This document shows positions 1 to 12,600 of a stretch of DNA of 64,000 nt, in pieces. How positions within the stretch are numbered: the stretch's first letter is position 1; each line of letters opens with the position of its first letter. Position numbers and translations under genes: made by a program. Below the pieces are notes generated by a model. That model searched no databases. It saw only the letters and a list, made by a program, of their open reading frames with translations, and had not been told where the DNA came from. Source of the stretch: Cyanophora paradoxa CCMP329 (Eukaryota; Plantae; Glaucophyta); the NCBI GenBank assembly GCA_004431415.1, contig QPMI01000526.1, forward strand, positions 186,001-250,000. Direction: 5' to 3'.

Positions 1-926
1 GGCGCGGCGGCTGTGGGGGCGACTGTGCGGGAGTGAGGCGCGGCGGATGCGAGAGTGAGAGAGGGTTACAAGCGCACGGGAGAAGGGCTTTGCGCCTCCG
101 AAGAGGCCGCCGGTGGTGGAGGTGGAAGGGGTAGAGAAGGAGAAAGTGGATGTGCCGGCGGCGGGCGCGCTGGTCCCGAACAGGCCGGTACCCGTCGACG
201 ATGGCTGCGTGCTCGCACCGAACAGACCTGCGCGGGCCGCGTGAGGCGATGCGGCGCGGGCGGCTCGCCCGGCGGCGCGCACCGCCGGTTGTGGACGTGC
301 CGGCGGCGGGCGTTGAGGAGAAGCTGAAACTGCTGGGCGCCGCCGCTGTGGAGGTGGCCGTGGTCCCGAAGTTGAATCCCGTGCTTGTCCCAGCTGCGGG
401 CGCCGTGCCGAACGCCGAAGTTGTGCTCGCGCCGAAGGGCTGCAGGGACAGCGAGCACGGGGCGGGCGTCAGAATGAGCGGCGCGCGTGGAAACCCTGCC
501 AGCAGGCGCTAGGATTCGCTCTCCCGCGCCGAGGCCGCACCGTGCTGGTCGCGGGGGCGCCGAATGGCGAAGCAGTCGCGCCGGTTGCCCCCGGAGTCGA
601 CGCGGGCTGTGCGCTCGTCCCGAAGTCTGACAGGCGTGTGAGCACGGCAGGGACAAACGGGAAAGCGCTCAGCTAGAGCGGCTCAAACGATCCCGCGACG
701 CACTGAAGCTGGAGGTAGGCGCGGGAGTCCCAAAGGCCGATGGCTGTGTCGCGGTGGTCGCACCGCCGAAGCTGAAGGATGGCGTGGAGGTTTGGGTCGT
801 CCCGAACGCCGGCGCGGAGCTGGAGGTGCCGAACGCCGGGGCGGCTGCTGCTGGCGTTGAAGAGGACCCGAAGCTAAATGAAGGCGTCCCGCCCGCCGCG
901 GGCGTCGTCCCGAAGCTGAACGACAT
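1..926 (-). CDS. FG/GLFG-repeat nucleoporin, 5' exons (gene continues beyond window start)
   Basis: ATG at 926 gives MSFSFGTTPAAGGTPSFSFGSSSTPAAAAPAFG. Later exons (from ~439 and ~226 downward) read PFGASTTSAFG...GFNFG...GLFG...GLFG, separated by GT-AG introns. The Nup family (Nup62/54/58/98) cannot be resolved. Confidence 0.8.
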
Positions 927-1394
927 GGCGCACTTTCCGGGGTACGCGTCGGCCCACCCAGTCTACCCCCCAGCCGAGCTCGCGGCTCGCCGCGGCGCGC
1001 AGCTTGGGCCGCAGCGCCGGCGCGCTGCTGTGCTCCCCTCTCGCGCACGAGAGCGCTGGCTCCTCGCGACGAAACCTTCGCAGCGAATGTCGAGCGCTCG
1101 CCTGCCGCCCTCTCTTCCCTGCCCCTCTTGCCAGGCAATTTGTCCGTTGTTGAAGGTCAAAAAGCTGAACCAGAATCAGTGCGAAGCCCGTCGCAGCGGC
1201 CCATTTGTTAACCATCTCCGACTTGGCGCCGTGCGCAGCGGCCGCCTTTTTTACAGTTGCTTCAGAGGCAAGTGCAAGGAGTACAAGTGGGCTGACGAGC
1301 CCCCCTTCCAAACTTGGGTGCATTCGTTTCCTGCAATTGATCGATCGTAACTTTCCGTTGGGGGAGCGCTCGCACACCGTTTAAAGCGCGGCAG

Positions 1395-4300
1395 GTGAGT
1401 TCGCGCAAGTCAGGAGCATCATTTGGAGGCGCTGCGGCGTTCCAAGGCAGCTCTTCTGGGACGCCCTGCGGTTCCTCTGCTGGGGCGCGCAGCTCTGCTG
1501 CAGCTGGGGCGCCCCGCAGTAGCAGCGAAGCAAGCGGAGCAGCGCGCTCCTCAACCGATTTGGCTCTTCAGATCGCGTTCCAGGCCCGCGCGTCCCGCCT
1601 GCACGCGCTTTCTCCAGCCGACAACGCCGCTGCGCAGATGCTCGCCCCAGACCGCTTCGCCGCCAGCTCGAACATCTATCACGAAGCAACAAAGCGCACG
1701 TTCGAATCCAAGGAGCATCACGGAGTGTTCGGTGCCCGCGCCGTCCCGCCGCCCGCGTCCCGCGCCCGATGCCAAGCGATCGGCCAGCGCAGATTCCCAG
1801 AAGGAGATCTGGACGTACAAATACTCGAGCAGCTACAACGCCCTCGTCGAGGCCTGCCGCCGCATCCCCGGCGCGGAGATTCACTTGATACCCCCCGAGG
1901 TCTTCAAGCAATTCCAGGCGCGTGCGCTTCGGATTCAACTGCAGCTCTAGATCTTGCTTTTCCTTATAGTTCTTGAAAATTGATCCCTCTCCTGGGCGCC
2001 CGCCGACAGGCCCTTGAAGCGAAGCCCCGCAGCCGCAAATCCTCATCTGCCCGCCGCTTTTCCGCGGAGGCCGTCGCCGGTACCCCCCCCCCAAACCCCC
2101 CTTCCGCCTTCTCCCTCTCTCTTCTGATCCTGGTACCCCAGACATGCTTCAGAAGCTCGCCAAGACGCTCCTCGACAAGCTCATGCCCTTCCAGCGCGCC
2201 GGCATCGAGTTCGCGTACCCCCTCCCGGTCGCGTACCCCTCTTGTCGATAACGTAACCCTCAGGGACGCCCTCCAGCGAAACGCGCGGTGCCTCATCGGC
2301 GACGAGATGGGGCTCGGTGCGGATCCGAACCCGCCCCGCTCGAAACGCCCGCCCCCCGAACCCGAACCCGCGCAGGTAAGACCGTTCAGGCGATCGCCAT
2401 CGCAGCCGTCCACCGCGCCGGTTCGAATCCGCCCGCGCCCCTTTTCCTTTCCTCCGTTCGCTTCTGCGGGGAGTAGTTTTCGGCGCGGCCCGTGAAGGCT
2501 CGCGGCCGCGTTCTAACCGGCTCCCGATATCGACGCGGGCGGGGCCTGTACCCCGCCGGGGCTGCGGCGCGAGCGGGGCCCGCCCGAGCCCCCGCGGGCC
2601 CCGCGCCGCCCTCACCCGCCCCCACACATCATCCCCTCCTTTCCCCTTCCTCTCTTTGGCCGCACCGTCCGCCGCCTCGTTCCGCGCCTGACCGCACGTA
2701 CCCCCCACAGACTGGCCCCTCCTCGTCGTCTGCCCCGCCTCCCTTCGCTTCGCCTGGCGGACCGTGCGTACCCCCCGCCCCTTTCCACCCCTCCCTTCCC
2801 TGAGGCCTGCACTGCTCCAGGCGCTGCTGGAGTGGCTGCCCGACCTCCGAGGGAGGGACCTGCAGGTTGTGACCGAGAGCAAGGACCGCATCCGCGAGGT
2901 GCCGGCCCCCGCCTTCCCCGCCTTCTATCCTCGAATCTGTTCTAGATCTAGAAGCTATCTATCTTACCCCCGCGCCCGGCAGCGCCCCCTCCCTCACTCG
3001 CCCCTCAGAACGCCCTGGTGGTCATCACCAGCTACGGCCTGGTCAGGTGCCGGTGCCGCGGGGCCGGCGGCAAGAACCACGAGTGCGAGGGCGAGTCCCT
3101 CGCGACCGATTTCGTCAAGGCGGCCTTCAAGTGAGCTCGAGTGATCTAGTCGGCTCTATTAATATTCGCCCTACCTCGCGAAACGTAAATAGAACGCGCG
3201 CCGTAGATAAATAGACGCGCACGCTCACCTGTCGCGCCTTCGCCCCCTCCTCGTTGCCCGCGGCCGCAGGTTCGTGATCTGCGACGAGTCGCACTACCTC
3301 AAGACACCCGCCCCCGGCAAAAAGAAGGCGCGCCCCGCCCCGACCCGGTCTGCTAGAGCTAGCTAGAAACTCTTGGAGCTCTCGTTTGGAGCAGCCCGCC
3401 CGCCCGCCTGCCTCCACCACAGCCCCTCGCGCGATGACGCCTCTCCGCAGTCGCAGCGGTCGAACGCGGTGATGCGCCTCGTCGAGAAGGCGGCACACGT
3501 GCTGCTCCTTTCGGGCACGCCGGCCCTCTCCCGCCCCGCCGAGCTCTTCGCCCAGGTAAGAAATTAGGCAGCCGTGCCTGGGCTTCGTTCGGTTCGTTCT
3601 GTCCTCTGACCGCCGCGGCAGCTGCGGGCGCTGCGGCCCAAGCTCTTCACGAACCAGAGGAAGTTCGAGGTGCGCTTTCCTGAGGGAGGGGATCCGCCCC
3701 CCTTTAGAGCTAGGCTAGAGCTAGGCTAGGCCACAGCTGAGCGGCCGCTGGGCGCACCGCCCGCGGCCGCCGCAGGAGCGCTACTGCGACAGGCGGATAG
3801 GGCTAGATAGGCTATATCCTGCATCGGCGGATAGGCGGATAGGCTAGAGCTGAGCGGTCGCTGAGCGAGTGCATCGCCCGCCGCAGGAGCGCTACTGCGA
3901 CAGGCGCCGAAACGAGCTGAACAAGCTGGAGGCCAAGGGGGCGACGAACGCGACGGAGCTCCACGCGCTCCTCGCCTCCACTGTCATGGTCCGCATCCGA
4001 GCGCTCTAGATGTTGTTTCGTCCTCTAAATATAAGGAGCTGCGAAGATAGCGCGCCCGGTTCGCTCTTTAACATCTTTAGATCCTGAGCTGCTTCACTGC
4101 TGCTGCCACGCAGACGCTGCAGTGAATAAATTTATCTAGCGCCGAAATTTAAAGCGTAAAAAAAGCCGCCCCTCCCAATCCATCGGCCCCGCCCCTCAGA
4201 TCCGCCGCCTGAAGAAGGACGTCTTCACCGAGCTCGAGCTGCCCAAAAAGACTCGCGAGCAGGTCCGGCCCCAAGACTTTGATTAATATTGGTTTCTACC

Positions 4301-5731
4301 CCGCCGCTACTAACTTCTTTCTTCCTTTCTTTCCTTCCTTCCAGGTTCTCATACGCCTGCCGGAAGGGAAGCGCGGGGTGCTGGACGCCGTCCGCCGCGA
4401 CCTCGACGCCGCTGGCTGGAGCCCCGCCCACGCCCAGGGTGCGCGCGCCTTCCCAAGCCTTTAAATAGCTTCTTATAGCTTCCTCGGGCCGCCGAGCGCT
4501 AGCGCCCAAGGTGCGCACGTGCACGCCTTCCCAAGCCGCAGCTAAACCCCGAGGGCCGCAGCTTCCTAAGCCTTCTTAGGGCCGCCGAGCGCTTAGGTTA
4601 CGCTCTGAGCGCGAGGCCGATCGCGGGGCGCGCAGGGGAGCAGACGGCATCGGACGACCAGCGGCAGCTCCTCATGAAGCTCTACACGCGCGTACCCCCC
4701 TCCCCGCCCCTTGAAATAGTTTCCGACCGTCTTTGCAGGGAGACGGGGCTGGCCAAGATCGAGAGCGTGCAGAACTACGTCAAGAAACTCCTGGTGGTGC
4801 GCCCGTACCCCTCCTTCCGCGCCGCTCACCTGACCTTCGTTCGCGTCAGGCGGGCGTGAAGTTCCTGATCTTCGCGTACCACCGTGACGTCCTCGACGGC
4901 ATCCAGCGCGCCTGCGAGGCGCGCCCCGCCCCTCCCCGCAATATCTAGATTCCGCCCGGGTCCTGCGGATCTAGATCTAGATCTTTTAGGTCGCAATATC
5001 TAGATCTTTTAGCCTATATCTAGATCTCAAAGATCTAGATTCCTAGATCTTTTAGGTCCTCGAGGCTCGCCCCGCCCTGCCCCGCCCCGCCCCGCCCCGC
5101 CCCGCCTACGCTGAGCCCCGCGCGGGGCGCGCAGGGTGAGAAGGCGCAGTTCATCCGCATCGACGGCAGCACGCCGCCCGCCAAGCGCCAAGAGCTCGCC
5201 GAGCGCTTCCAGGCGAGCCAGCGCGCCCAGAGACCTAGAGAGCTAGACCTAGCGGTTTCAGGCGCGGCCGGCGCTAGAGTCAGAGACCGCAACATCTAGA
5301 AGTTGGCGAAGGCCGTCATTAGGCCGTCGTCATCATAGAATATTAAACACATTCCGTTCGGCGAGTCGCTGACGCGGGGCGGGGCCCCGCCCCGGCCCTC
5401 TGCGCAGACCGACCCGCGCGTCCGGGTCGCCATACTGAGCATCGCGGCCGCCGGCGCCGGCGCGCCCCGCCCGAGCCGCTCGCCCCGGCGGCCCTGAGCC
5501 TCCGCCGCCGCCCTCTCTGAGGCCCCCGCCACCCCCGCGGCAGGCCTCACGCTGCACAGCGCGTCGACCGTCGTCTTCGCTGAGCTCCGGTGGACCCCCG
5601 GGGTGCCCCCCCTGCCCTCCGTTCCTCCCTTCCCCCCTCCTCCCCCACAAAAAAATCACCTCTGAATTCGCCGCAGGAGATTCTGCAGGCGGAGGACCGG
5701 GTCCACCGCATCGGGCAGGCGAAGGAGGTCG

Positions 5732-5768
<37 letters not shown>

Positions 5769-6627
5769 CTTCCGATCTCGTTTAGGGGGGGGGTCCGGGA
5801 GGCTCAGATCTGATCTGCCCCAATGCGATCTGAGCCGATCCGATTCGATCTGATCTGATCCGATCCAATCCAATCCAATCCAATCTAATCGCGTATCGGA
5901 CCGATATGATTCGATCCGATCTGATCCCTGATCCCAGGTGAGCGTTCGCTTCCTCCACGCGGAGGACCCGAGCTCCGTCGACGAGATCATCTGGCCCCTC
6001 CTCCTTCGGAAGCTCCAGATGCTCGGGTGCGTCTGTCCAAGAGACATCTGTTCGAGGCGGTCGATCACGACTATCAGTCTATCTAGACGCATCTAGACGA
6101 TCGCTTGCGGGGGTCTAGCTAGCTCTGACTCGGCTCGCCCGCGCCGCAGGGCGACGCTCGACGGGGCGCCGGCGACGCTGGAAGTCGACGCGCAGCGCCG
6201 CCTCGACGAGCTCGGTGCATATCCAGAGACCCTTTAGAGCTCCTAGAGTCCGACGCTCGATGGCCGGCGCTGTTCATTTTAGACCTTTTAGAGCTCGAGC
6301 TCCTTAGAGTTAGACGCTCGAGCTTCCTAGGAGTTCGACGCTCGTGCATAGAACGCGGGCGAGGTTTGTTATTCATGCACGCAGACCGTCTCGACCGTCC
6401 CCGACCCTGACCCCGGCCCCGCAGACCCCGAGCTGATGGGGCGCCCCGTGATCCCCGGCCTCGATGAGCCCAAGGAGGAGGGGGAGGGGGAGGAGGAGGG
6501 CGGAGGCGGGGCCGGCTGCGAGGCCGAGGCCGAGGAGGAGGAGGACGGGGGGGAGGAGGAGGCCGAGGAGGGGGAGGGGGAGGGAGAGGAGGTACCCGTC
6601 CGCCCGCGGCGCACGTACCCCGGATGA
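1395..6627 (+). CDS. SMARCAL1: SMARCAL1/ZRANB3-like SNF2 annealing helicase, multi-exon; exact start and end uncertain
   Basis: Exons encode a HARP-like segment (KEIWTYKYSSSYNALVEAC), LMPFQRAGIEF, CLIGDEMGLG|KTVQAI (motif I), ICDESHYLK (motif II), LLLSGTPALSRPAELFAQ (motif III), IRRLKKDV, KFLIFAYH, FIRIDGSTP, GLTLHSASTVVFAEL, LQAEDRVHRIGQ (motif VI). Confidence 0.9.
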
Positions 6628-9290
6628 AGTCTTGGATCACGGGCGCGCCAGAAGGGGGAGGAGGAGACCGAGGAGGGGGAGGACGAGGAGGAGGGCGGGG
6701 CGGGCGGCGGCGGCCCGCCGACGACGACTCTGCCGCGCCCCTCGGACGCGGTACGCCCTGGGGCCTCGGTCGATCTTCTTCTCGGTGGAATTCGATCTGA
6801 GATTAATTCGATCCGCGGGCCAGGTCCCCGTGGCTCAGCAGACGGCTCGCGCCCGAGCTTCGGCCCTCGCCCGGCCCCCTCCCGCGCCCGCCTTCGCCCC
6901 GCGCCCCTCGAAAGCGGTGCGCCCGGCCCCGAAGAAGGGACGGGAGCTCTTGCCCTTGATTGGGCCCAGACTGCGCAGGGATCGGGCAAGGGCGAGGGCC
7001 GGCGGGCGGACTACCGGCGGAGCGGGCCCGGCGGCCCGGCCGGCCCGCAGGCGGCCACTGGCCAGGCGCACTCGCGGCCACAGCCCACGGCGGCGGCCTC
7101 CTCATCGGGGCAGCAGCAGCAGCAGCAGCAGGGGGTGCGGAGCGGGCCCGGCGGCCCCGCCGGCCCGCAGGCGGCCCAGGCGCACCCGCAGCCACAGCCG
7201 CAGCAGCAGCCCGCGGCCTCGTCCTCGTCCTCGTCCTCGGCCTCGGCGGACCCGGCGGGCGAGTACGACTCTCTCTTCGAAGGCATCGACTTCGGCGAGC
7301 CGCTCCCCAGCGACTCGCCCGCGAAGCCCTGGCCGCCCCCGCAGCAGCCGCAGCGGGAGGCGGGCGAGTACGACCACCTCTGCGAGGGCATCGAGTTCTC
7401 CCAGTTCTTCAAAGAGCCGGAGCAGCACCAGGAGGCGCAGCAGGAGGCGCAGCGGGGGCAGCCGCGGGTGGCCATCGACCCGCCCCTCTTCGACGAGCCG
7501 GCCCCCAGCGACTTGCCCGCGAAGCAGCAGCCGCCCCCGCAGCAGCAGCAGCAGCAGCAGCAGGAGACGCAGCAGGGGCAGCAGCGGGTGCGCCCGCCTG
7601 CCCGCGGGGCGACCCCGCAGGGCCCTCGCTGACCGGACGGGGCGCGCGCGGCAGCCAGCGGTCGCGGAGGGGGCCGTCCCGCCTTCGGTGCGCCTTCAAA
7701 GGGGCCCGGCCAGCGGGGCCCTCGAGCCCGGCGATCTGAGGCGCCGGCGCAGGGCCCAGGCTCGGATGAGGATCAGAAGCCGGCGGCCGCGGCGGGCGCC
7801 GCCGCCGCGTCCTTTGATCCTCCGGTGCGCCCGACGCGAAGAACTGTTCAGAGCCGGGCCTTACTGGCGCCGACCTCAGGGGCGGCGGCGCGCGGCGGCG
7901 GAGGAGGAAGAGGAGGAGGCTGCGCAGGAGCGGCGCCGGCGGGAGGGGGAGGCGGAGGAGGTGGAGCAGAAGGGACCGGAGCGGGAGGAGGCGGCGGCGG
8001 CGCAGGCGGAGCGGCGGCGGCGGCAGCAGCAGCCGCGCGCGGCGCGTCGGGCCGAAGAGGAGAAGCAGAAGGAGGAGGAGCTGAAGCGCGAGGCGGCGGC
8101 GCAGCGGGCAGAAGTAAAGGAGCGGGAGGAGCAGCAGCGGCAGCAGCAGGAGCAGGACAAGCTGAAGGCTCAGGGGGGGAATGGGAAGGCTCCGAAGCGC
8201 ACGGCGCCGGCCCCGGGGGCCCCGGAGCCGCTCTTGGCCCCCGCCCCGGCCCGGGCCGTCTCTTCCAGCCCGGAGCGCGATGCGCTGGCGGCCCCGGCTC
8301 CGGGGCAGCTGCAGCTGAAGCATCCGCCCCGGCCGGCCGCGGGGCAGGCGGCTCCCGCCCCGGCCCGGGCCACCGCCGCAGCCTCCTCCTGCTCCTCCCC
8401 CAAAGCCAAGAAGCCGCGCCCCAAGTGCGCCCCTTTTCTCTCTTTCCCGTATCCCGCACCCCGCCCTCCTCGAAAAGTCTGACATGCCCTCGCAGCCCGC
8501 CGGCCGAGCGGCAGGTGCAGGCGGCGCCGGCGCCGGCCGCGCCGGCCGCCTCGTCTCCCGAGCAGCGGCCGGACTTATCCGTCCGCGTCCATCCGGAGAC
8601 AAAGGTCGGTACCCCCCTCCCGCGCTTCCCCCCCTTTCTCTCTGACGCCTACTACGTACCCCCCAGCTCTGGTTGAAGGGTGACATCCGGGTGGCGGCGG
8701 AGGAGCCGGAGGGGCCGGGCTGGCAGGCGTTCATCGTACCCTGGGGCCCGCGGGGGGAGCTGCAGCAGTGCTGGGTCGAGTCCGAGTCCGGGCGGCGCGA
8801 GTCCTGGGAGATCGTCATACCCCCCTCGCCGCCGGCCGCGGCCGCGGCCGCGGGGCTCCAGGCTCAGGTCGACTTTGTCGGGCCGCGCCAGGCCGGAGGG
8901 GTACCCTCGCTTCCTCGGAGCTCGAGGCCGGGGGAGACCCGTGCCCGGGCCTAGGCCTGGCGCCGCGCGGCCGCGGCAGTGGCGGATGGCATGGTATCCT
9001 CGAGCTCGAGCTCGCCTGACGCCGGCGTCGCCGCCCAGCCGGCCTCGCCTACAGCTGACGCCGCCGCCCCGGCGCTAGCCTGCAGCGACGAGCTTGCTTG
9101 CAGATGCCGTATACGTAGTACCGTTAAACCGAGTTTGTACAAACCTTCGAACCACATGTTGAAGTTTCAGTCACGCGCGCAATTGCAAGACTCTGAGATC
9201 GACCGAGGCCAGGTACCGCGGCCACTTGGCAAAGCCACGGATCTAGAATTCGTTGACGTCGACGTTGACGTTAACGTTAGCTGCGCTTGA
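6628..9290 (+). CDS. Low-complexity (acidic, Gln/Pro-rich, charged) coding exons; either a helicase C-terminal extension or a separate gene
   Basis: Exon-like GC-rich segments with CAG/GAG runs, a duplicated GEYDxLxEGIxF motif (7258-7295, 7363-7400) and E/R/Q coiled-coil text. Gene structure not resolved. Confidence 0.4.
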
Positions 9291-9659
9291 ACCCTTAAGC
9301 TTAAGCTTGCACGCGCAATCTGTGCGGCGAACAGGCCGGGGGTACATGTACAGCGCCGCAGCGACGTCGGGCAATCAACGTTCGGCAGTTCACGGTTAGC
9401 CCGGAGTCCCGGCCGCGGACGCCTCCAGCTCACAGCGCCATCAGCGGAGCGCCGGACAGCCCAGGGCGGCGCGGAAGGCCTCGAGCTCGGGGCGAGCGCG
9501 GCGCGCGGCGAGCATCGGCGGTTGGCGTCATCGCGCACATCGCTCGTCGTGTGCGGCTCGGCGAAAGGGACGACCGTCGGACGGCCGCAGACTGTCGGCT
9601 GTCAGCGCGCGCGCTCGAGCGGCCGCGGAGCGCGCCGCGGCCGAACGGCGCTCGCGATC

Positions 9660-12600
9660 CATCGATATCGCCGTGACCGCAGCCGGCCGCGGGCCGCGCG
9701 CGCGCGCGGCGCTTCCGAAATCGCCGGCGCCGCGTCCGGCAACAGCTCCGGCTGCAGCTGCGGCCCGGCGGGCTCGCGCGTGCAGCTGAGCGCCGCGGCG
9801 CCCGGCCCTGAGCGGGCGCCGGCTGTGCACGCCACAACCTGGCAGGTCCAACGTTCGATGTGGAACTCGAGCCCATTCGGATGGCTGGCGCCGGCGCCGG
9901 CCAGCGCTCCGACGCCGCGGCCGGCCGCGGCCGCGGCGTCGGTGTTTTCAGCAGCAGCCGCAGCTCCTGCAGCTGCCGCGGCCGCGCCCCCGCGCGCGCA
10001 GGCGGCCGCGTCCGGCGCCGCTTCCGCGGCCCGGCGCTCTCACTCTCTCCTTTCTTTATGGCCCCAGCAGGAGCCGCCCCATGCATATGGCATGCCCAGC
10101 GCCGCCCGGCCACCACCTGCAGCTCCGGATCCGCATCTACTGCAGAAGCTAGCAGATCAGGAGCGTGAGGTACGCCTAAGCCCTGCCTTCAGTGGCAGGC
10201 CTAGGCCTTCATTGGCAAGCTCTAGATCGTTTCTGGATCCGGACCCGGGAGATCTAGACTAAAAGTCTTGCGCAGCTCAAAAGCCTGAAGGAGCAGAGGG
10301 AGAAGCTCAAGAGATTGCTCGCGAGCGCGGAAGACGACCTGTACGGCGCCAGGACGCGGGAGGGGGAGCTGGAGGGGCGAGTCCGGGAGCTCGAGGGGCG
10401 GGTCTCCGGGCTCCAGGCCGAGCTGGAGGGCGCGCGGTGGGAACTCCATCGCGCCAACGATCACTCGCGCTGCAAGGGCAGAGAAGAGCAGCTCAAGAAG
10501 AACATCCGGGGCATCGAGAGGCGGTTCAGAGAAGTGAGCGATATCGATCGACCTTCTTTTCTGAACTCATAATTAGCCTAGTAGCTATAGCTTGCTTTTT
10601 TTGAAATTCTGAAACTCTTCCTGAAGCTGACCCATGCTGACCTGGTGTGGCGCAGGCAAGACAGGCGGAGAGGGATGCAAGAAGAAAAATTGAAGAGGTG
10701 CGTGTGCAGGTGGCCGGCCGCGGGGCGCCTCCGAGCCATACCTTGATTATATATAATTATAATCTTTGAACTTTCGGACTCACTCTACCCCCGCCTCGCT
10801 CCCTCCCCCAGCTGGAGTCGCGCCTCTCGGATCAAGACGCGTACAATCGCGACTGGGGCTCGCGGACGGACGCGAACGAGGAGGAGGAGCGGTCGGACTA
10901 CGAAAGCGGTCACGAGAATGCGGACTACGATCGTGACTATGAGGAGGGGGACTATGATCGCGAGGAGGGGTACTGCGATCGCGATCGCGAGGAGGGGGAC
11001 TACGATCGCGATCGCGAGGAGGGGGACTACGATCGCGATCGCGAGGAGGGGTACTACGATCGCGATCGCGACGAGGCGCGGTCGCATAGGAGCTCGGGCT
11101 CGGCGGACTCGGGCTCGAGGGAGCTTCGGGACCGCGTGAACCAGCTGCAAGACGAGGTGATGGATTTAAGCTGAAGATCTAGATAAGACTTTAATGACGC
11201 CGACCTGTACATGTTTAACGGTTGATAAGAATACCGCCTGAACCTAATATCGATCCGCCTGATCGCTACGCCTGATCCGTCTAACCTAATCAACTCTCTC
11301 GCCACGCCTGATCCGCCGGCGCCTTCCAATCAGGTCGCCGACCTCGAGGCGCGGAACAGCGGCCTGCGGGGGCGCGTCGACGAGCTGGAGAGGCGCTGCG
11401 GGGAGCTCGACGAGTCCAACGAGCAGCTGAGGCTGCGCAACGGCGAGCTAGGGCGGTCCGCCCTGTAATCCTCTTTCGTTTATCATATTTATAATTACTG
11501 TGTTCATGTAAACTTCTCTTCAATCTAGCTGCAACGAGGACCTGATCGATCGGAACAAGGAGCTCAAGAGCCGCATCGACGAGCTCCGAGACCTCAACGA
11601 CGAGCTCAGCGAACGAAACAACAAGCTCGATCGCGATCTCTCCGTGAGCTATACATTGGAAATTGGCAATGCTTATTTAAACGCAATCTCGGGAGAAGTA
11701 TGCGCAGCATTATGAACGGCATTAAAAATCCAGAGCTCAAGTGTATATGCTCTTCAATGAGCTCTTTCGCAGATTAAGGCGACAGAAATTGATCACGAGC
11801 GTAAGAGGGCACGACTTTTGTTTATTCTTCATGATCAGTATTTTGTGCGCTCTGATTTGTTTCCGAATTCGAAGCTTTCGCAAGACATTAAAGAGGTTTG
11901 CGGTCCTTCCCAGATCAAAACACACATCGATTGATGCCCTGAGACAGATGAGTGACAAGCTTGAGGATTACCGCATTCAAAGGATTGCTGATCGTTCTGC
12001 TATCGCGGTAATTATAAGCCACGACCACGTTCAATATTTCATTAACGTCGTTCAAAAACGGATCCTTTTCCGTTTCCTAATGTGTTTTTGCCGCTGGTGA
12101 AGATTGATCATATGGTTGGACATTGCAACGAACGCGCAAAAGTGCATGGTCTTTCGCGCGCATCCTGGCAACAGTTGATATCTATGTTAATATTTTGATC
12201 AGACCCTCGAAAAAGCGAACGGCGAACTCGAAGAGGAGCTGAGGCGGGCCCGCGAGGACTCGGCCGTGGTGGGGTCGCGGGAGCAAACTCTCCAAAGTCT
12301 GGTGGAGACGCTCCGGGGCCAGCTCCAGTCCATGGCCGCCTCCGCGCTCGCCGAAGAGCTCAAGACTCTCAAAGCCCGGATCAAAGAGGTGCGCAGCTGC
12401 CATCTTACATTACAATTAGATCTGCATCGAAGCTGAAGGCGCCTGCATTTAAAGATCTATAACTGCTCCGGATCCTGCCATACTCCCGTAGTCCTGCCAT
12501 GCTTGAGAGATCTATAATATATAGAAAAACTCATTAAAAGCTCTAACATTGCCTCGTTTGTAAATCCACCCGCTCCGTAATATTAAAAATAACGACCGTC

